This document shows, piece by piece, positions 55,751 to 64,000 of a DNA stretch of 64,000 bases. Source of the DNA: Eledone cirrhosa (lineage: Eukaryota); NCBI GenBank assembly GCA_964016885.1, contig OZ024742.1, forward strand, positions 77,438,001 through 77,502,000. Reading direction: 5' to 3'. Every line of letters starts with the position of its first letter. Position 1 is the first letter of the stretch. Under the pieces are notes generated by a model that saw only the letters and a list, made by a program, of their open reading frames with translations, ran no database searches and was not told the DNA's origin. Made by a program: the position numbers and the translations under genes.

Positions 55751-55785
<35 letters not shown>

Positions 55786-55989
55786 TACATATACACACAT
55801 ACAAACAAATATATACACATACAAGTAAATAGCTACTCAATAAATATACGCATATACGCAGGCAGAAAATGTAGATACAAAAGAGGTACTCACATAACCA
55901 TAGTGGCCGTATTTCAGGTTGAGGAGAGGTGGGGGGTAGGGTGGGGAGGAGGTATAGGGGCCAATAGGGGGAGGTCGTTTTTAGCCATC

Positions 55990-56315
55990 GGGCTTTAACA
56001 CTGGCTTAAAGTGTTTGAATGTTGCAAAGTTCTTGTGCATGCAGTTCGGGGAGTGTTCAGAGAGTTTGTTCAGTAGCGGGCCCTTGGCGAATAAAATTTC
56101 GTAGCTCTCTGAAATACAAAGGTCGCAGCCCTTGTGTCCTCCGTTGTAAGAGCGCGCTTTCTGGAGTATTTTCCAATTAAGCGTGAAGGGGGTGGAGTTC
56201 CTTTTAAGGTCCCAAACGTAGGAGGCGAGTGTTGTCTGATTTGATTTATCCGGTCATCTGAAGGAGTGGGTATGGGCATACCAACGGGTCTTAAAGTTGT
56301 TAGAGGTCATGCCGA

Positions 56316-56320
<5 letters not shown>
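55990..56320 (-). pseudogene. PLE GIY-YIG C-terminal fragment
   Basis: YIGMTSNNFKTRWYAHTHSFR*PDKSNQTTLASYVWDLK...CDLCISE...LLNK...CMH (frame not in the ORF track). Confidence 0.85.
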
Positions 56321-57649
<1,329 letters not shown>

Positions 57650-57650
<1 letters not shown>

Positions 57651-59055
57651 CAATTAAGTTAAAGTGTACATCTACATATGTATACGGAAGTATTAGTATG
57701 CATATAAATACACACATGTATACATATGTACATGTACTCAGCTTTTCACTAGACACTTTACAGTGAGTGTCAGCTAGTCTGTATGTAACCACACAGGCGG
57801 ACCGGGTTTTAGAGTCATACGAGTTTACATGTGTGTATTTATATGCATACTAATACTTCCGTATACATATGTAGATGTACACTTTAACTTAATTGTTTAA
57901 GCGTCAGTCATACAAAAGTGAGTTAGAAGCGAAACGAAATTTAATTTCGTTTCGTTATTTGTTTTTATCGTTTCCGCTGAACCGGTGCGTACAATGACTC
58001 ACGTTCTATGCAAATTGGTCTACCCACTACTAATTTTCATAGAAAAAGCATATAACGATATGTGCTTTTACAATTCTCCAGAGAAGCCGGAAGATGGGTA
58101 AATATTGCTGATGAGATGTAATAACATCGAAACTAGTCCAATATTCCTGTCTGGCCCTCCGGGGAATAGAGGAAATGTGTTTCCTTGATAACTCGTATGA
58201 CTCTAAAACCCGGTCCGCCAGTGTGGTTACATACAGACTAGCTGACACTCACTGTAAAGTGTCTAGTGAAAAGCTGAGTACATGTACATATGTATACATG
58301 TGTGTATTTATATGCATACTAATACTTCCGTATACATATGTAGATGTACACTTTAACTTAATTGTTTAAGCGTCAGTCATACAAAAGTGAGTTAGAAGCG
58401 AAACGAAATTTAATTTCGTTTCGTTATTTGTTTTTATCGTTTCCGCTGAACCGGTGCGTACAATGACTCACGTTCTATGCAAATTGGTCTACCCACTACT
58501 AATTTTCATAGAAAAAGTATATAACGATATGTGCTTTTACAATTCTCCAGAGAAGCCGAAGATGGGTAAATATTGCTGATGAGATGTAATAACATCGAAA
58601 CTAGTCCAACATTCCTGTCTGGCCCTCTGCAGAATAGAGGAAATGTGTTTCCTTGAAAACTCGTATGACTCTAAAACCCGGTCCGCCTGTGTGGTTACAT
58701 ACAGACTAGCTGACACTCACTGTAAAGTGTCTAGTGAAAAGCTGAGTATATGTACATATGTATACATGTGTGTATTTATATGCATACTAATACTTCCGTA
58801 TACATATGTAGATGTACACTTTAACTTAATTGTTTAAGCGTCAGTCATACAAAAGTGAGTTAGAAGCGAAACGAAATTTAATTTCGTTTCGTTATTTGTT
58901 TTTATCGTTTCCGCTGAACCAGTGCGTACAATGACTCACGTTCTATGCAAATTGGTCTACCCACTACTAATTTTCATAGAAAAAGCTTATAACGATATGT
59001 GCTTTTACAATTCTCCAGAGAAGCCGGAAGATGGGTAAATATTGCTGATGAGATG
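57650..59055 (+). repeat. 469 bp HHR-bearing unit x at least 2.6 with an inverted left arm (57650-57825); runs into an assembly gap
   Basis: HHRs start at 58101, 58569 and 59038 (the last is cut by Ns). Confidence 0.9.
58101..58145 (+). ncRNA. Canonical type I hammerhead ribozyme
   Basis: aatattg-CTGATGA-GATGT aata ACATC-GAAAC TA GTC-caatatt; 7 bp stem I and 5 bp stem II. Confidence 0.92.
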
Positions 59056-59255
59056 NNNNNNNNNNNNNNNNNNNNNNNNNNNNNNNNNNNNNNNNNNNNN
59101 NNNNNNNNNNNNNNNNNNNNNNNNNNNNNNNNNNNNNNNNNNNNNNNNNNNNNNNNNNNNNNNNNNNNNNNNNNNNNNNNNNNNNNNNNNNNNNNNNNNN
59201 NNNNNNNNNNNNNNNNNNNNNNNNNNNNNNNNNNNNNNNNNNNNNNNNNNNNNNN
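59056..59255. other. Assembly gap (200 N)
   Basis: Seen directly. Confidence 1.
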
Positions 59256-62075
59256 ATGCGAGTGAGGTCGTGGGCGGATAGCACGAGCCCAAGCTTGGGT
59301 GTACACTAAAGATGATGCCAACAACATTTGGGTAAAGCTGGTGGAATATTTTCCACATCATGCAGATAATGTAGCGCTCATGGCGACGTTGGAGAGAATA
59401 ACGTTTAAGCTTTTCTAATCGACTCCAATAGTCATGGCCTGTCATGCCATCTATTATTTTGTAATCGATCTTTGGGGTACTTCAACTTTCCTGATACTTT
59501 GTTTCGTGTGGGGAGACCACAGTGGACAACAGTATTCAAGGTGGGGTCTGGCAAAAGTGGAGAAGAGAATGATAACAGTGTGGATATCTCTCGACTGGAA
59601 AGTTCTGAGAATCCAGGAACACATTCTGCGGGCCATGTCAATTTGCTCTTCATATGAGTGGCCCAGCTTATGTTGTTGTCCACAATTATTCCAGGTCTAT
59701 GATGTTATCTGATGCCAATAGAGTTTCACCAGAAGGAAGAGAGTATGTTAGTTTCAGGGCATCCTTTTTTCCAAAGTGCATTAATTCAAACTTATCCTCA
59801 TTCAACAGCATATTATTCTTTTCTGCCCATTGGGTAACAGCCAGTAGGGCTGACTGAAGGCATGTCCGGTCACTCACTTCATTGATGGCCCTTTGGAGCT
59901 TGGAATCATCTGTGAAGATTCTTATGTTGCTGTGCTTGATGATGTCAGTAATGTCATTATTGGAGATGATGGAAAGAAGTGGGCCCAACACAGTGCCTTG
60001 TGGGACGCCATTGCTGACTTTGGCAGGGCTTTATTGTACTCTTTCGACTAGATGTTGGGTTCTGTCTGTCAGGAAACATTTGATTCACTGTAGTAACTTT
60101 TCAGAGATACCAATATTGGATAGTTTTTTTCAGTATAATCTTATGATCAACCCTGTCAAAGGCCTTGCTGGAATATAGGTAGATGACATCAGTGTTGGAG
60201 CCTTTTCCCAAGGCTCTCAAAACATCGACAAATTGATGCAGGAGCTGCGTTAGGCAGTCCCTTCCATTACGGAACCGATGTTGATTGGAGTTCAGCAGGC
60301 CCTTGCGTTCAAGAAAATGGGTTATTCGTGATCTCACTACCCTCTGAAATACCATGATAGTATGAGAGGTGAGTGAGATCGGACGGTTAGTTCAATGCAA
60401 GGGACTTATTTCCCTTTTTGAAGACTGGGACAACGGACTGGGACAGAAAGTTTTCAGGAATATAGCCAGTGCCCAGTGAGTTCCTCCACATATTAGCGAG
60501 AGGAGATGCAAGTTGGTCTCGACACACCGTCATGACACAAGCAGGGTACCTGTCGGTGCCTACTGCTGAATTGTGTTTAATTTCGTTTATTGCCGCTAAG
60601 ACATCAGGAGCGCCAAACGTTATGTCTGATATACTGTGTTGGGGATTAACAACACTGATACGGCCCAGATCGGCCATATCAGGATTGCTGAAAAGAGAGC
60701 AGTATTGTTTCTGCAGTATCTCGCCCATGGTTTTGGCATTGTCTTGGAGTGTGCCATTTTCATCAACTAGGGGCCAACAGTGGAGACGGTGACCTTGTTT
60801 TTTTAGCAAATGAAAAGAACACTTTGGGGTTGAGTTTGATTTTCTCAATGGCCCAACACTTTTCAGTTGTTCTCTGGTTATTGATGATGGTCTTCATGCA
60901 TTGTGGGAGGTTATATTTTTTTCACTGGAGCAGGGCGATAGCCGTCGAATATGTGTGTTGCTGTTGGCAGTATTTTAGTGTGTTAATTGTTTTGTTTGAT
61001 CTTTTTATTTTTCTGATAAATGTTTTTCTGTTTTGGGTGATACTGCACATAGTTTTGTTCACAGGTTTTGGTGGGGGGTTTTTGTACATATATTTGTGAC
61101 AGTGACTACAAAGATCTGCAAAAATATTTAGGTGTTGGTGGAAATGTGTGCGTGTGTAAAAGACCAGTCAACAGGTGATAGTTCATTCATAATTGCATCC
61201 CAGTTATCATTGTAGAGATCCATGTTATCAAATGGGTGGGCTAGAAAGAGGTCCTTAATATTATCTTTCGGCTGGTGGAATCTCAGGTTACAAAGAACCA
61301 TGTCATGAACCATGTCATGATCTGAGAGAATGGTTTTTTCCACTGTAATATTATGTATAGTGTTAGTGTGGTTACTAAACACTAGATCCAGAATGTTCTT
61401 CTGGTGCCTTGATGGTGCAAGGACAAGTTGGGACAAGATAAACTCATTCATGAAGTCAAGAAGTGACTCGACTGCTTCTTCGTCAGTGGTTGAGGTTGGG
61501 GGGGGGGGGGGGGGGGGGGCTGGTTTCAAACTACATGTAGACCAATCGATACAGGGTAGATTAAAGTCTCCCATCAAAGGTATGTTGCTAGAATGGTACT
61601 GTTTAATAAAGCATTTAATACTGTTGAGGCATTCTTTGAAGCATATTATGGGTGTTTGTGGTGTCCTATAGAGCCCAACTAATATCAGGTCATTGACTTT
61701 GTTGTACACAGTGACTGATTCACAGTAGCCATTGGAGAATGTTGTGTTACTATCTGCTGTAAAGGAATCATGCAGGAAAATGGCAGTTCCACTCTTCGTT
61801 CTGCCAATACGATCCGCGCGGGTGGTTCTGAAATTCCTCACTCTTACTTTCAGTAACACTCTTACTTTCAGTACACTCTTACTCTCAGTAAGAATGAAGG
61901 GGATGTGAAATGGATGGTTACCAACCCAATCCTCAATGAATTGGATCTTCCATTTCTGAGCATTGATGGATGGGCTGATACCTTGTGTATTGAGTAAAAA
62001 TGTGGAGGCTAGTGTGGTGGCTGGTTTTGACAGTTGCAGGAGGCTTGTTTTGAGATTGTGTGTTAGTGACAGCAA
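59256..62075 (-). pseudogene. CR1-group non-LTR retrotransposon ORF2 (APE + RT), disrupted
   Basis: MGDFNLP, LDLVFSN, SDHDMV, SKAFDRVDH, GVPQGTVLGP, FTDDSKL, RPHLEYCCPLWSPH. Confidence 0.9.
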
Positions 62076-62099
62076 GGATGGTGTTGGGTGATGGCTAAA

Positions 62100-63100
62100 A
62101 TGTTTTTCGGTATCTCTTTTGCCAGGTTCATGGCTAAAAAAGAAAAATGTTCTTGTTCAGCGAGCAGTTTTTGATTGGATTTGTGGTTAAACCAGTGGAT
62201 AGGGTTGCAGTTCCTTCATTTGTTGTTGTTGTTGTTGTTGTTGTATTTGCTGTGATTGTGTCTTTGTGAAAAGACTGGGAGCAGCATTACTTTTGTTGTT
62301 GTCGTATTTGTTGTTGCAATCGTGTCTTTGTGAAAAGACTGAAGCAGCATTATTGCAGCAGGGGGGGGGGCTTTATTGTGGTTTGGGTGTTGGCATGGAG
62401 CCCCTTTTCTGTTCGTGCGTTGTGTCCCAGGTAGATGAGTGAAGGGACAGTCAGTTAGCAGACATAGTCTCTCACGTTGGCAATGTCGGCATATTTTGGG
62501 ACTCCGACTTGTGTGCGGGCAGCGTGCTTTGGTGTTGGCTGGCAATGTTAGAGCGTCTAGTACCAGATAAATGGGTAAATATGCAGTCGCTACATGTGCA
62601 TTGCCTCTGACGTAGTGAGTAGCGGCATATTTTGGAGTTTCTAGTTTGTGTAGTGGGGGGTGCATACAGCTACATAGATTTTTTTTAAAGTTCTTTTGAC
62701 TAAAGCATGACTGTGGTGGTGATGTGGGGGAAAAAAGTGGTGGTGACGATGATGATGCTGACGATGAGGTGGAGGCTGTGAGAGTGGTGTGAGAGAAATC
62801 AGTGGTCCATTAATATCAGTTGATGTGGCAGAAGATGTTGACGGTGGTGGTGGTGATGGCGATAATGATGGGAGAGAAAGTGGTTGAGGGATACTGTCGT
62901 TCAGTAACTCAGCTATTATACTTGAATTCAATAGTGGTGGCGGTGGTGGTGGCTCTGAGATTCTGGCTGTTGTTGTTGTTGTGGCTGTTGTTGTTGTTGC
63001 TGTTGTTGTGTTTGACCATTGGAGTAAATATGTCGAAGTTTTTTTTAAATGGTTTTGAATTAGTTTGAAAGAGACTTCGACTTGTTTTAGTTTGTTGTGT
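62100..63100 (-). pseudogene. ORF1 of the same LINE with two CCCH-like zinc fingers and low-complexity tracts
   Basis: ICRHCQRERLCLLTDCPFTHLPGT plus a frameshifted upstream paralogous finger. Confidence 0.6.
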
Positions 63101-63457
63101 ATCTGCCTCGTGGTAAATGTTTGAGCTGTTTTTTCAGCAATCTCATTCAGACACGACGCGTTAATGTGTATTGTTTGTTAGAGAAAATCATCTGTTTATT
63201 AAGAGGTCAATTTCATTATCAGACCAATTTCGTCTGTTGTGGGCTTGCTGGTCAGTAGTCATATTTGTTTTCCCTTGTGTGTGTTTTTAGATATTTGATA
63301 CCCGATATGTGAGTGTGACTTTAGTTATTTGAGGTTATTAAAAGCTTTTGGTTATTTGGTTGTTTGAAGATATTAAGCGAAAAACGAGTGTATATAATAA
63401 TCTGTAGTTAAGAAAACATACTTACGAGTTTGTAGGAAAAACACGTGGTTAGAAATA

Positions 63458-63892
63458 TATCTATCTATCTAGGGCGAGTAAAATTCCGGAGATCCATGGA
63501 CGAGTTCTCTCCAACGGTCTCTGTCCCTCATTATCGCTGCCATGTCCTGCATCTCCAACAGACCAGTGTCTGTCCTTAGGGCATCAACATACGTTAATCT
63601 TGGTCTTCCTCTTCCAGTGTGTCTATGTAGCGGCTCTCACAGGAGCTCTTCATTGCTGTAGTCGAGTCTGTGCTGCTGTACGGGTCTGAGAAGTGGACAC
63701 TGACCAGGAAACTCACTCAGATGGTGGATGTGTGCTACACGAGAATTCTGAGGATGGCTCTGAACATTAATCAGTATACACTGAGGATGAAAAACTCAGT
63801 CCGTATGGGAGCCTCACAAAAGTCAGCTCAAAATTGACACAGAGGAGACTGAGGTTAGCTGAACATGCTCACCGACATTCAGAGTTGACATT
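63458..63892 (-). mobile_element. RTE-clade insertion with a 5' inversion
   Basis: 63470-63646 is the minus-strand 3' end; 63647-63892 is the upstream part on the plus strand. Confidence 0.85.
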
Positions 63893-64000
63893 ACAAATAT
63901 ATATAAATATATATGTACGGTCAGATAGATTTTAAAGCAATGTAGCTTGCTACTGACTTGGTAGAGAGCAATAAAAACACGTCTGTTCATTTCTACATGG

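Noticed and set aside
58175-58837. Repeated 64 aa ORF in the 469 bp unit
   Set aside because: It is low-complexity and not preserved in the homologous 422 bp family

Overview
AT-rich eukaryotic repeat DNA, probably from an octopod cephalopod (inferred from the SINE families and the dense (TA)n/(CA)n tracts). No host protein-coding gene could be supported. The window is dominated by Penelope-like retroelements (PLEs; RT + GIY-YIG): one nearly intact copy at 26378-33264 interrupted by a Helitron, and about seven decayed or truncated copies. It also holds tRNA-derived SINEs, RTE fragments, a second Helitron and a decayed CR1-group LINE. The most interesting layer is non-coding. At least five families of 312-650 bp ORF-less, hairpin-rich repeat units sit inside (TA)n tracts as tandem or circularly permuted copies. 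Four of them carry recognisable type I hammerhead ribozymes (HHR). A further family forms an almost perfectly homogeneous 11.2 x 615 bp array whose unit has a non-canonical hammerhead-like fold and is distantly related to a 648 bp HHR-bearing unit at 23 kb. Many insertions, coding or not, share one architecture: two oppositely oriented arms with sense 3' ends pointing outward into (TA)n. Working hypothesis (inference): a PLE-driven system that reverse-transcribes self-cleaving circular or multimeric RNAs (retrozyme-like) into TA microsatellites from both sides of the break. All RNA folds were read by eye and not computed.
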